NCBI RefSeq assembly: GCF_036009065.1
Contig: NZ_DASYMN010000102.1
Span: forward strand, 3,202-67,201
Origin: Bradyrhizobium sp.
Lineage (GTDB): Bacteria > Pseudomonadota > Alphaproteobacteria > Rhizobiales > Xanthobacteraceae
DNA: 64,000 nt
Reading direction: 5' to 3'
Below, one piece after another: positions 29,968 through 39,258 of this stretch; positions within the stretch are counted from its first letter, which is position 1, and the number at the start of each line of letters is the position of its first letter. The notes under the pieces are model-generated. The model was given only the letters and a program-made list of their open reading frames with translations, was not told the origin of the DNA and made no database searches. Made by a program: the position numbers and the translations under genes.

Positions 29968-31518
29968 TCACCAGCCCGGTTGCGACGGCTGCCAGCCCGG
30001 TCGCACCTGCGGATAGTACTGGCCGCCGCGCCGGCGCGTATCGCCGGTTGGGGAATCCCAACTGCGCTGAAAAAAGGAGCCGAAGCCGAAACCGTCATCA
30101 CTCGCGACCTCGACATTGACCGTAGGCTTGCGCGTTATGAATCCACCCTGGGGCTGATTGCTCAGCACCGCGACAAACTCGGTACGATAATTGGTCTCGG
30201 CGCTCAGCGGCTCGTCCGAGATGACGATCGAGGATCGCGGCAATGCGGTCGGCGCGATGCGATCGAGCACATCCTGCGGGATAATGATGCGGTCGAGCGC
30301 ACCCTTGGCGTCGTCGGCATCGTCGATCGTGACCGCGGTCCAGCGCAGGCCGGCGTCCGTGCGCGCCATCGCGGTGAATACATGCGTGCCGATCGGCTTG
30401 TCGGGATTGCGGATCGTGACCGGAACCTCAATGGAGAAATCGAACACCTCGCCGCCCCCGTCCGGCGCCGGCCTGTGCGTGTTACGCCGCACGTAAAGCT
30501 TCTGCGTCGCGCGGCTGATGTAGATCGACGCCGGCTCGAGCGCGAGGCTCGCTTCGCGCGCCACCTTGGCGGTATCGATCTTCCTGGTCTGGGCCGCCTT
30601 GGCAGCGTCCTTTGCGGCGGCGGTTGCGTCGAGCTTCGGTTTCGCGTCGGCCTTGGCGGTGTCGAACTGCGTGCCTAAGTCCGCGTCCTTGGCGGCGGCC
30701 TTCTGCTTGCGGTCCTCGGCTCGCGCCTTGGCCTCGTCCGTCCTGGCCGCGGCGAGCGCCTTTTCGGCGGTGGCGAGTTCGGCGTCGGCGCGGGCCTTGA
30801 GCCCCTGCAGCTTGCGCAGCGACAACGTCAGCGACGCCGTCTCGCGCGGCGCCTTCGCGGCGGTTTTCTTCGCCTCGTCGGCCGCCTTGGCAGCCTCGAC
30901 CGCTTCGCGGGCGAGCGTCTCGGCCTTGGCCGGGGCGGCCGCGATGGCCTCCGCCTTCGGCATGAACAGCGCGGGATGGGAAAACTCGACCGGGGCCGCG
31001 TCGTTCGGCGAAATGATCACCCGCATCCCGATCCGCGTCTTGTCGAACAGCTTCTCCGCCAAGCCGAAGGGCATCCGCACGCAGCCATGCGAGGCCGCAT
31101 ATCCGGGCAGCGGACCGCCGTGCAGCGCGACGCCGTTCCAGGTGATGCGCTGCAGGTGCGGCATATGGGCATCGTCATACATGTTCGAGCGGTGGTCCTC
31201 TTTCCTCTCGACGACGGCGAAGACGCCAGCCGGCGTCTCGCGTCCCTTGGTGCCGGTCGACACCGGCGCGCGCAGAATCCAGCCATCGGCGTCGTAGAAA
31301 GTGACCTGCTGGGTCTTGATCGATACGATCGCCATGATCGGCTCGCCTGCGTCGCGCGGAGCCGTCGCCTCGACGGGGGGCGCGGGGCGCGCCTGTCTCG
31401 GCGCGGCGTCGGCGGTCAGCGCCGTCAGTGCGGCCATCGCCGCGAGCGTCACCATGGCCGGAGGACCCCAGCGCCGCGTCGCCACGCTCGATCGCGCCGT
31501 CGTAAATCGATTTACCAT
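29968..31518 (-). CDS. L,D-transpeptidase (YkuD) family protein with Ala/Lys-rich coiled coil
   Basis: PVSTG..TPAG and HGG....ASHGCVRM catalytic motif; exact start uncertain. Confidence 0.88.
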   Translation of the reverse strand: MVNRFTTARSSVATRRWGPPAMVTLAAMAALTALTADAAPRQARPAPPVEATAPRDAGEPIMAIVSIKTQQVTFYDADGWILRAPVSTGTKGRETPAGVFAVVERKEDHRSNMYDDAHMPHLQRITWNGVALHGGPLPGYAASHGCVRMPFGLAEKLFDKTRIGMRVIISPNDAAPVEFSHPALFMPKAEAIAAAPAKAETLAREAVEAAKAADEAKKTAAKAPRETASLTLSLRKLQGLKARADAELATAEKALAAARTDEAKARAEDRKQKAAAKDADLGTQFDTAKADAKPKLDATAAAKDAAKAAQTRKIDTAKVAREASLALEPASIYISRATQKLYVRRNTHRPAPDGGGEVFDFSIEVPVTIRNPDKPIGTHVFTAMARTDAGLRWTAVTIDDADDAKGALDRIIIPQDVLDRIAPTALPRSSIVISDEPLSAETNYRTEFVAVLSNQPQGGFITRKPTVNVEVASDDGFGFGSFFQRSWDSPTGDTRRRGGQYYPQVRPGWQPSQPGW

Positions 31519-31629
31519 GCCATGTCCCGGTTGAAATGCTCGTCGGCGCTTGCATCGATCAAGTGTCAGATCGGCGATTTTTTGGATTAACTAACCGCCG
31601 CCACCGTCCGTGTTGCGCTAGCAATTCTC

Positions 31630-32030
31630 TCATATACGACAGCTCTCGCAGGAGGAAGGGTTGGTTCGCGCGACACTTCGCGTCGGGGCACGATACCCTC
31701 CGGCGCGCCGGCGTTTCGGCTTGCCGTTATCTTTTTGCAATGGCTTCCGTACAAGCAAAATCGCAGCCCGAAGAATTCCATTCATCCGGGTCTGCCAGCC
31801 CTCGCCGCTGCATTTGAATGCATCCAAATATCCGCGTCCACGCGGAGGCTGATAGCCGCTTTCCTGGTTTCGGACTTCGACCGGCCCCCGGGCCGGATTC
31901 CAATCGAGACCGGGGCACGCGCTATTTGTGCATCGGTCAATTCCGGCGCGTCGTCGTATTCGTCCGGCCGGATGACATGAGCATCAACCTTCTTCAAATC
32001 GCTTCTAATAGCGGGCTTGTTCTTTGTCAT
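31630..32030 (-). pseudogene. brnA: BrnA family antitoxin, frameshifted near 31826
   Basis: EYDDAPELTD...ISLRVDADI in one frame, DAFKCSGEGWQTRMNGILR in the next. Confidence 0.8.
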
Positions 32031-32043
32031 TGCATTTTCTCAT
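32005..32043 (-). pseudogene. C-terminal remnant of BrnT toxin (MRKCNDKEQARY*)
   Basis: Matches the BrnT SMRKANxREQxxY end and overlaps the brnA start; rest of gene absent. Confidence 0.5.
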
Positions 32044-32077
32044 GTACGGCTTTGCAACGCGGGGTCTCTATGGGGAA

Positions 32078-32097
32078 ATTATCGTATATACGATAAT
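32078..32097. promoter_or_regulatory. Perfect 20-bp palindrome ATTATCGTATATACGATAAT; candidate TA operator
   Basis: Exact palindrome 48 bp upstream of the brnA start. Confidence 0.55.
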
Positions 32098-32140
32098 GTG
32101 GTGCCGGTCGAGACGTACTACTGCCGCATCGTTCCCACAT

Positions 32141-32245
32141 GCAGCGCGACGCTCTTGCGGCGCGCTGCTAAGCCGGGGCCGCGTTCTTAGCGGTCCCGGC
32201 TCTGCGGTGCATTGTGAAGAACGCTGCGCCGCGTCCGGCACACGA
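32141..32245. repeat. REP element (GCAGCGC...GCTGC...CCGGGGCC...CCCGGCTCTGCG...GCGTCCGGCAC)
   Basis: Same family as the outer element at 1318-1478. Confidence 0.6.
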
Positions 32246-32480
32246 AATCGCCGTTGCGTAACTCCTCTTCCAATCGTACGAACCAAGTTTACACTGGCTG
32301 TGTAAACTTGCGATGCGGGCCGACCTCTCTACGACTGAATACTACCCGTCCCCTGCTTTACCAAGGCCGTCCCGACTGCACCCAATTCATGAATGCCGAT
32401 AGGATAGGTCAGCCTGAACGTCAGTTCGCCTCAGTGGCCGTGCGAATGACAATCCTGAAATATCCAAGCAAGCAAAGATT

Positions 32481-33026
32481 CTATGCAGCGGCCGATTCGA
32501 GAGCCGCTGCATCGTCTTGAGCTCGTTTCTTTAATCGCTTCGCAAGATGCGTTTCGCCTGCGGCGATGGCTATGTTCGCTTCTTTAATCACACCTGCTGA
32601 AATCGCGACTTCTGCCGAAACCTTCTTGTGGAGCGCCATCCAGGAAGCAACTTCGGCCCAGTCGTAGAGCGGTGTGTCCGAGGTTACACGGGCGACCGGA
32701 GCTGGAAAGTTTTTTGCGCGATCGCCCTTGGCATAATTGGAAATCGCCGCGCGCGTCAGGTCGGCGCGCGACGCAATCTCGGAAAGGTTGACCAGAGGAT
32801 CCGGTTCTATACGATCAATCTTCGCGCCGGCAGCGCAAACATTCTCGACCGCGGAAGCAATCGCCTCGTCAATTGTTATAGCCTCTCGAGCAAAGTCGAT
32901 GATCGTACGGCCCTTCTGAAAAGCCACCAAAGCATCGTCACAGCCCGCGTCATAGAAGCCGTCACCAAAATCATCCGCGGTGGGGTCAACGCCAGATGCG
33001 ACGATGCTGAACTCAAACGTCTTCAT
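32481..33026 (-). CDS. Putative antitoxin / DNA-binding protein with central HTH
   Basis: FYDAGCDDA N-domain, LVNLSEIASRADLTRAAISNY HTH, FPAP...LYDWAEV; ATGA-coupled to a small upstream ORF. Confidence 0.75.
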   Translation of the reverse strand: MKTFEFSIVASGVDPTADDFGDGFYDAGCDDALVAFQKGRTIIDFAREAITIDEAIASAVENVCAAGAKIDRIEPDPLVNLSEIASRADLTRAAISNYAKGDRAKNFPAPVARVTSDTPLYDWAEVASWMALHKKVSAEVAISAGVIKEANIAIAAGETHLAKRLKKRAQDDAAALESAAA

Positions 33027-33262
33027 TCTTGACCTCCTTCCGCTTTGTGGGGACACCTGTCGACGGCCCTGATGATCTGTTTAGCGTGATTGCCAGCATT
33101 GGCCGGCGTACCGTTTACCTGTTGAGCGCATCCATCCCGATCGGCGTGCGGACAAAAATAAGCGTCCGAAATGGCCCATTTTTCGGAAGGTCCAACCTTC
33201 AGCTTCGGCATACTTAACTGCTGCCTCGACCTCTTTCTTTGATGTGTCGGCCTTGTTGCCAT
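33023..33262 (-). pseudogene. HicA-like small toxin partner with two compensating frameshifts
   Basis: Hidden frame reads KKEVEAAVKYAEAEGWTFRKMGHFGRLF; main frame supplies CPH...TPANAGNHAKQIIRAVDRCP. Confidence 0.6.
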
Positions 33263-33394
33263 TGTCAGTATCACCAATTTAGTGTGGTGTTGACACTTGT
33301 CAACGGACCCCTACCAAAAACAGCCTCAATACGTCGTGTTTCGGTAAATAGCTCTTATTTGGTAAATTGCAGCCCTTATAGCTTGCTCGAGCCC

Positions 33395-34114
33395 TCACCC
33401 CGTCCCCAGATACACCTTCTGTACCTGCGGATCGTTGGCGAGATCGGCCGCCGTCCCGGACAGCACGCTCTTCCCCACCTGCAGGACGGTAGCGAAATCC
33501 GAAACTTCGAGCGCGAGTTCGATCGACTGTTCGGCGAGCAGGATGGTGAGGCCCTGCTTGTGCAGCCGGCCAAATGTCTCGTACATCGATTCCACCACCG
33601 TCGGCGCAAGGCCGAGCGAGGGTTCGTCCAGCATCAGCAGTTTGGGGTCGCTCATCAGGGCGCGGCCGACCGCCAGCATCTGCCGCTCGCCGCCGGACAT
33701 GGTGCCGGCGCGCTGGCTGCGCCGCTCGGCGAGCTTTGGAAAGAGTTCATAGACGCGATCGAGCAGCACAGTGATGCGCGCCTTGTCGTGCAGCGGCGTG
33801 GCGCCGAGTCTGAGATTGTTCTCCACGCTTTGCTGCACGAACAGCCGCCAGCCTTCCGGCGACAGCGCGAGACCTTTGCGGACAATCGCGAAGGCGGTCT
33901 GCCCGGCAATCGGCTCGCCGCGAAAAATGATCGATCCGGAATGCACCGGGATCAAGCCGGCGATGGCATTGAGCGTCGTGGTCTTGCCGCCGCCGTTGGA
34001 GCCGAGCAGCGCCACCACGCTTCCCTGCGGCACTTCCAGCGACACGTCGAAGACGCCGATCAGGTCGCCGTAGCGGACCTCCAGATGCTCGATCTTGAGC
34101 AGCGGCGCGGTCAT
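33395..34114 (-). CDS. livF: Branched-chain amino acid ABC transporter ATP-binding protein
   Basis: GSNGGGKTT Walker A, MSGGERQML signature, LDEPS. Confidence 0.92.
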   Translation of the reverse strand: MTAPLLKIEHLEVRYGDLIGVFDVSLEVPQGSVVALLGSNGGGKTTTLNAIAGLIPVHSGSIIFRGEPIAGQTAFAIVRKGLALSPEGWRLFVQQSVENNLRLGATPLHDKARITVLLDRVYELFPKLAERRSQRAGTMSGGERQMLAVGRALMSDPKLLMLDEPSLGLAPTVVESMYETFGRLHKQGLTILLAEQSIELALEVSDFATVLQVGKSVLSGTAADLANDPQVQKVYLGTG

Positions 34115-34878
34115 GGGATGGGTCCGCCCATCAATTCGATCGGCGTGTGGCCCGCGGCGGCCTTAGCGGCGCGGGTGCCAAGATAGGCGGCGATCACGGC
34201 CGGATTGCCGGTGACCTCGCGCGGGCTGCCGCGCGCGATCTCGCGGCCCTGGTGAAACACCACCACGCGCGTCGCCAGCGACATGATGACTTCCATGATG
34301 TGCTCGACAATGACCAGCGTAATGCCGGAGTGATGGATATCGCGGACGAGATCGATCGCGAGTTGCACCTCGCGCTGCGTCAGGCCCGCCATCGCCTCAT
34401 CGAGCAGCAGGATTTTCGGCTCGGTGGCGAGCGCGCGCGCGATTTCGAGCCGCTTGCGGCCGGGCGTGCCGAGCGACCGCGCCGGCGCGTTGGCCAATGC
34501 GTTGAGGCCCACGCGCTCCAGCACCGCGCGGGCCTTGATCTCGGCCTCGGAACGATGCGGCGTACGCAAAAATGCGCCGATCATGACATTCTCGAGCACC
34601 GACATGCCTTCAAAGGTCTGCGGCACCTGAAAGGTGCGCGCGAGTCCGAGATGCGCGCGCGCTTCGGGCGTCAGGTTGGTGATGTCGTGACCCTCCAGCA
34701 AAACCGTGCCGGAGGTCGACAACAGATCGCCGGTCAGACAATTGAACAGCGTGGATTTGCCGGCGCCGTTGGGCCCGATCAGGCCGAGGATGTCGCCCTG
34801 CTCCAGCGTCACCGAGGCTCTATCGACGGCCTTGAAGCTGCCGAAGGCCTTTGTGACGTCGCGCGCCTCAAGGAGCAT
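34111..34878 (-). CDS. livG: Branched-chain amino acid ABC transporter ATP-binding protein
   Basis: GPNGAGKST, RTFQ, LLDEAMAG, VIAAYLG. Confidence 0.92.
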   Translation of the reverse strand: MLLEARDVTKAFGSFKAVDRASVTLEQGDILGLIGPNGAGKSTLFNCLTGDLLSTSGTVLLEGHDITNLTPEARAHLGLARTFQVPQTFEGMSVLENVMIGAFLRTPHRSEAEIKARAVLERVGLNALANAPARSLGTPGRKRLEIARALATEPKILLLDEAMAGLTQREVQLAIDLVRDIHHSGITLVIVEHIMEVIMSLATRVVVFHQGREIARGSPREVTGNPAVIAAYLGTRAAKAAAGHTPIELMGGPIP

Positions 34879-35869
34879 GGGCCGCTCCTTTCTGCGCAAC
34901 GGGCTCGGCCGCCTTGCTGCGCCTGGCCCACAGCCGGTTGATCAAGGTCAGAATGCCGCCGGGCTGGAAACGCGCGATCAAGACGATGATGGCGCCGTAG
35001 ACGACGAACGTCAGTCCCGCGCCCTTGCCGCCGAGCAGATTGTTGGAAATCTCCTCCAGCGGCACCAGGATGGCCGCGCCGATCAGCGGTCCGAACAGCA
35101 GGCCGGCGCCGCCGAGTGCCGCCATGATCAGCATTTTTACCGAGATCAGGATGCCGAGCCCGGACTCCGGATCGACAAAGCCGAACATCATTGCATAGAG
35201 CGCACCGGCGACGCTGGTCAGCCCGGCGCTCAGCATGAAAGCGTAGAGTTTTGTGCGGCTCGCCGGCGCGCCGAGCGAGCGCGCGGCGCGTTCGGAGTCC
35301 TTGATGGCGCGCAGATAAAAGCCCATCCGGCTATTCGCCATCCACCAGGTGATTCCAAGCGTGATCGCGAGCACGATGAGGAACAGATAGTAATAAGGCA
35401 ATGCCGACGTGAAGGAGAGATCTAGTACGGTTCGCGGCACAGTGGGACCGCTGAGGCCCACGGCCGCGCCGAGAAACTCGGTGTTGGTGACGATCAGCCG
35501 CACCAGTTCGGCAACCGCAATGGTCGCCATGCTGAAATAATGCCCGGACAGCCGCAGCGTCGGCACGCCGATCACCGCCGCAATCAGCACGGCGGCGGCG
35601 ACCCCGACGGGAATTCCGACCAGCGGCGGCAGCGCGAAGTGGGAATACGCCGCCATCGAAGCATAGGCGCCGCATCCGAAGAACACCACGTGCCCAACCG
35701 ACACCTGGCCGGCATAGCCGCCGACGATATTCCACGCCGAGGCGGCGATGGCATAGAGCAGAATCAGCGCGCCGAGCCGCTGCTGAAACGGTGTCGAGAA
35801 AAACAGCGGATACGCAATGATCAGCGCCAGTGCCACCGAAGGCCACAGGAAACGCCGCATCGTGCTCAT
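34868..35869 (-). CDS. livM: Branched-chain amino acid ABC transporter permease
   Basis: WNIVGGYAGQVSVGH, LRLSGHYF, AIKDSERAA. Confidence 0.9.
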   Translation of the reverse strand: MSTMRRFLWPSVALALIIAYPLFFSTPFQQRLGALILLYAIAASAWNIVGGYAGQVSVGHVVFFGCGAYASMAAYSHFALPPLVGIPVGVAAAVLIAAVIGVPTLRLSGHYFSMATIAVAELVRLIVTNTEFLGAAVGLSGPTVPRTVLDLSFTSALPYYYLFLIVLAITLGITWWMANSRMGFYLRAIKDSERAARSLGAPASRTKLYAFMLSAGLTSVAGALYAMMFGFVDPESGLGILISVKMLIMAALGGAGLLFGPLIGAAILVPLEEISNNLLGGKGAGLTFVVYGAIIVLIARFQPGGILTLINRLWARRSKAAEPVAQKGAAHAP

Positions 35870-36732
35870 TAGTTCTTGCCCATCAAGCCTTGCGGCCGGA
35901 ACCAGAGGAAACACAGGAACAGCGAATAGACCACGATGTCCTTGTAGACCGCGCCGATCCAGTAGGCCGACACCGACTCGATGACGCCGATCAGCAGTCC
36001 CGCCACCAGCGCGCCGGGCACGCTACCGAAGCCGCCCAGCGACACCGTGACAAAGGCGACGATGCCCAGCGTCTCGCCGACCGTCGGCGCGATATAGAAG
36101 AAGGTTGCGATCAGCGCACCGGCGATGCCGGTGGCCGCCGCGGCAATCGCCCAGGCGATGGCCTGCATGGTGTCCGGGCGGATGCCCATCAGCTGCGCCG
36201 CCGTGGAATCCTCGGCGACCGCAAGCATCTTCGAGCCAAGCGAGGTACGGGTAAGCAACACGTGCAGGCCAAGCGTGACCAGCAACGCGACCACGCCAGC
36301 CAGCAGGCGCGAGGCCTGGATACGGATGCCGAACACATCAAACGTGCCGCCGACGATATTTTCCGGCAGCGTCAAAAAATTGGCCCCAAAGCCCCAGAAC
36401 ACCGAATAGCGCAGCAGCAGCGCGAGGCCGAAGGTGCCGAGGATTTGCGCCAGCATCGGCCCCTTCATCACGCTGCGGATCAGGCCGAAATAGACGACGA
36501 TGCCTAGCGTCGCCAACACCAATGCTGCGACCGGCGCGCCGAGGAAGGGACCTACGCCGAACAGCGTCCACACCACGAACGCCACATACATGCCGAGCAT
36601 GACGAAATCGCCATGGGCGAAATTGACGATGTTCATCATGCCCCAGATCAGCGTGAGGCCGGAGGAAAACAGCGCATAAACCGCGCCGAGCAACAGGCCG
36701 CCGACGATCACCTGAACGAGGATGGAGGACAT
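35869..36732 (-). CDS. livH: Branched-chain amino acid ABC transporter permease
   Basis: GLTLIWGMMNIVNFAHGDF, GGFGSVPGA, FRPQGL. Confidence 0.92.
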   Translation of the reverse strand: MSSILVQVIVGGLLLGAVYALFSSGLTLIWGMMNIVNFAHGDFVMLGMYVAFVVWTLFGVGPFLGAPVAALVLATLGIVVYFGLIRSVMKGPMLAQILGTFGLALLLRYSVFWGFGANFLTLPENIVGGTFDVFGIRIQASRLLAGVVALLVTLGLHVLLTRTSLGSKMLAVAEDSTAAQLMGIRPDTMQAIAWAIAAAATGIAGALIATFFYIAPTVGETLGIVAFVTVSLGGFGSVPGALVAGLLIGVIESVSAYWIGAVYKDIVVYSLFLCFLWFRPQGLMGKN

Positions 36733-36829
36733 GCCGGCTTAAAAATTCTTGCGGGGTTAAATCTCATCGATGGCATCGTTGCCGGTCGAGAAGGCGGGAG
36801 CAATGCCCCGCCTTCGGTCGCTCGATTTA

Positions 36830-38083
36830 TTACCAGCCCTTGTAGGGCATCACCGGCGCCGTCTTGGCCTGGTTCTTCGGCCAGACCGCGACGTAGTTCT
36901 CGCCGTCCTGCAGCTGGATCACCAGTCCCGCCGCCAGGATGTTCTGGCCCTTGTCGTCGAATTTTACCCCTTTGTAGCCCATGATCAGCTGATCGGGTTT
37001 TAGGTCGGTAGCCTTCAATGCCGCCTGGATCTTGTCGGGCTCGGTCGACTTGGCGCGGTCGATCGCATCCATCAGGACAAAGAAACCCTGCATCTGACGC
37101 GCCGCGGTATCGTCCATGTCGTCGCCGCTCTTCTTCTTGTACATCTCGTTGATCAGGAACGACGGCGATCCCGGAGGTCCGATCGCGAAGGAGGAACGGT
37201 TGAACACGCCCTGCGCCAGCTTGCCGACCGCCTTGATGAAGGAGGGATCGGAGAAGCCTGCGTTGTCGGCCACCATCATCGGCGGCTTGTAGTCCAGCGC
37301 CTGCATGGTCTTGGCGTAGAGGATCGCATCGGACTGGTAGCAGACCATGATCACAACATCAGGCTTCTTGTCCTTGAGCTGCAGCACCTGGCTCTGCACG
37401 TCGGTGGTGTTGGCGGAGTACGCAATGTCCTGCGCGATGCTTAAGCCGTTCTCCTTGAACACGCTGGTGATGACGCTCGCAACCGAGGTGCCGTATTCGG
37501 TGTTCTCATGAACGATGGCGATGTTGTCGGTCTTGGCGCCGGCGGCCTTCATGTCCTTGAGGAAGTCGAGATAGATTTTTGCGAAATCGGATGCGACCGG
37601 CGTGGTGCGGAAGAACCATTTGAAACCACGCTCGGTCAGGCTTGCCGCCACCGACTCGCCATTCAGATAAGGAATGCCGTATTTTTCGGCGATCGCACTG
37701 GTCGTCAGCGTGATCCCGGACTGATAGGCGCCGCTGAGCGCAACCACCTTCTCTTCGGTGATCAGCCGCAACGCCTGGTTCTGTCCGGTGGCGGGGCTGC
37801 CCTGGTTGTCGGCGAATACCACCTCGACTTTTGCCCCGCCGAGACCGGCGAGACCGGGACCCTTCGTCACCGGCAGGTTGCCGAGACCGGGATGTCCGTT
37901 GTTGATGATGTCGACGGCGGTTTCGATCGCGGCCTTGGCGTGAACACCGGCGCTGGCGGCATTGCCGCTCAGCGGATAGATCGCGCCGATCTTGACGGTT
38001 TTTTGCTGCGCCAGCGCTGATCCCGTCAGGCAGAAGGAAATCGAGGCGGCGCAAAGCAGCCCGACGACGTGTTTGAATTTCAT
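36830..38083 (-). CDS. Branched-chain amino acid ABC transporter substrate-binding protein
   Basis: Signal peptide, KIGAIYPLSG, GAYQS, LTERGFKWFFRT. Confidence 0.9.
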   Translation of the reverse strand: MKFKHVVGLLCAASISFCLTGSALAQQKTVKIGAIYPLSGNAASAGVHAKAAIETAVDIINNGHPGLGNLPVTKGPGLAGLGGAKVEVVFADNQGSPATGQNQALRLITEEKVVALSGAYQSGITLTTSAIAEKYGIPYLNGESVAASLTERGFKWFFRTTPVASDFAKIYLDFLKDMKAAGAKTDNIAIVHENTEYGTSVASVITSVFKENGLSIAQDIAYSANTTDVQSQVLQLKDKKPDVVIMVCYQSDAILYAKTMQALDYKPPMMVADNAGFSDPSFIKAVGKLAQGVFNRSSFAIGPPGSPSFLINEMYKKKSGDDMDDTAARQMQGFFVLMDAIDRAKSTEPDKIQAALKATDLKPDQLIMGYKGVKFDDKGQNILAAGLVIQLQDGENYVAVWPKNQAKTAPVMPYKGW

Positions 38084-38198
38084 GCTGATAATCTCCGAAA
38101 GCGTTCCCACCCAATGCCGGGCTCTGAGGCCGAGATGCGCCGGGCGCTGGCGCCCGTCGCTCTGTTTTGTTTGGCATGACAAGCATGGCATGCCCGCT

Positions 38199-38921
38199 TC
38201 ACAGGGGCAAGCTGGCCTTGACGCCGATGTAGACGGTGTTGCTCGCATCGCGGTCCTGCAGCGGATTGTCGAAGGTCACGACATGCGCATCGGACGTTGC
38301 AAAGACATTGGCCAGCACCGCCTTGAATGCCGCATCCGGCGGGTCGTTCGACCACAGCGCGAACACGCCGCCGGGATGCAGATGTCCGGCAAGTTTTCGC
38401 AAGCCCTCCGGCCGGTACAGCGCCGCGTGGTTCGGATGCAGCAGGTTTTGCGGCGAGTGGTCGATGTCCACCAGCACCGCATCGAAGCGGCGACCGGGTG
38501 ACTGCGGATCAAGGGCGGATGCCGACATCGCGAAGAAGTCGCCGGCGACGAAGCGGCAGCGCGAATCGGCCATCAGCTGCCTGCCGAGCGGCAGCAGTCC
38601 CCGCTCGTGCCACTCGATCACCTCGGCCAGTGCATCGACCACGATCAGCGACCGCACCCGTCGATCTTCCAGCACGGCCTGCGCAGTGTAACCAAGCCCG
38701 AGCCCGCCAACGACCACATCGAGGTCCGCCCTCTCCAGCGCCGCCAATCCGAGCCGCGCCAGCGCAATTTCCGCAACCGTGAACAGGCTCGACATCAAAA
38801 ATTCGTCGCCGAGTTTTATTTCGTAGACGTCGATTCCGGTCGATAGCTGTCTTCGCCGCCGCAGGCTGAGCGCGCCCATCGGCGTCGGGCGAAAATCCAT
38901 CTCCTCGAAGTACACGCTCAT
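38199..38921 (-). CDS. Spermidine synthase-like SAM-dependent methyltransferase (short form)
   Basis: FLMSS, VVGGLGLGYT, DAVLVDIDHSP. Confidence 0.8.
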   Translation of the reverse strand: MSVYFEEMDFRPTPMGALSLRRRRQLSTGIDVYEIKLGDEFLMSSLFTVAEIALARLGLAALERADLDVVVGGLGLGYTAQAVLEDRRVRSLIVVDALAEVIEWHERGLLPLGRQLMADSRCRFVAGDFFAMSASALDPQSPGRRFDAVLVDIDHSPQNLLHPNHAALYRPEGLRKLAGHLHPGGVFALWSNDPPDAAFKAVLANVFATSDAHVVTFDNPLQDRDASNTVYIGVKASLPL

Positions 38922-39148
38922 GCGCCGACGGCTCCGGATGTCATGCAAACGCCGTCCCAGAACGGCCGCGGGTTCGCCCAAGCGGGCCGCAAGACCTCAG
39001 GCAGCGCGGCAACCCTTGTAACCCCCTCGTCTTGCTTGCCAAAGCCGTTACGTAACGAGTAGAAGGACGCTCAGCCGCGGGATCAAGCAAAGTCCCCTCG
39101 CCAGCGATTTCCGGCGCAGACTTTAAGCTTTTGAGACTGCTCAGCTTT

Positions 39149-39222
39149 TGGGGAATGGTGTAACGGTAGCACAACAGACTCTGACTCTGTTTGTCTAGGT
39201 TCGAATCCTAGTTCCCCAGCCA
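39149..39222 (+). tRNA. tRNA-Gln (anticodon CTG)
   Basis: TGGGGAA/TTCCCCA acceptor stem, ACAGA-CTCTGAC-TCTGT anticodon arm, GTTCGAATC T-loop, encoded CCA. Confidence 0.97.
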
Positions 39223-39258
39223 CGTGAAGATTTATAATATCAATCTTGCAAAGCTGCG

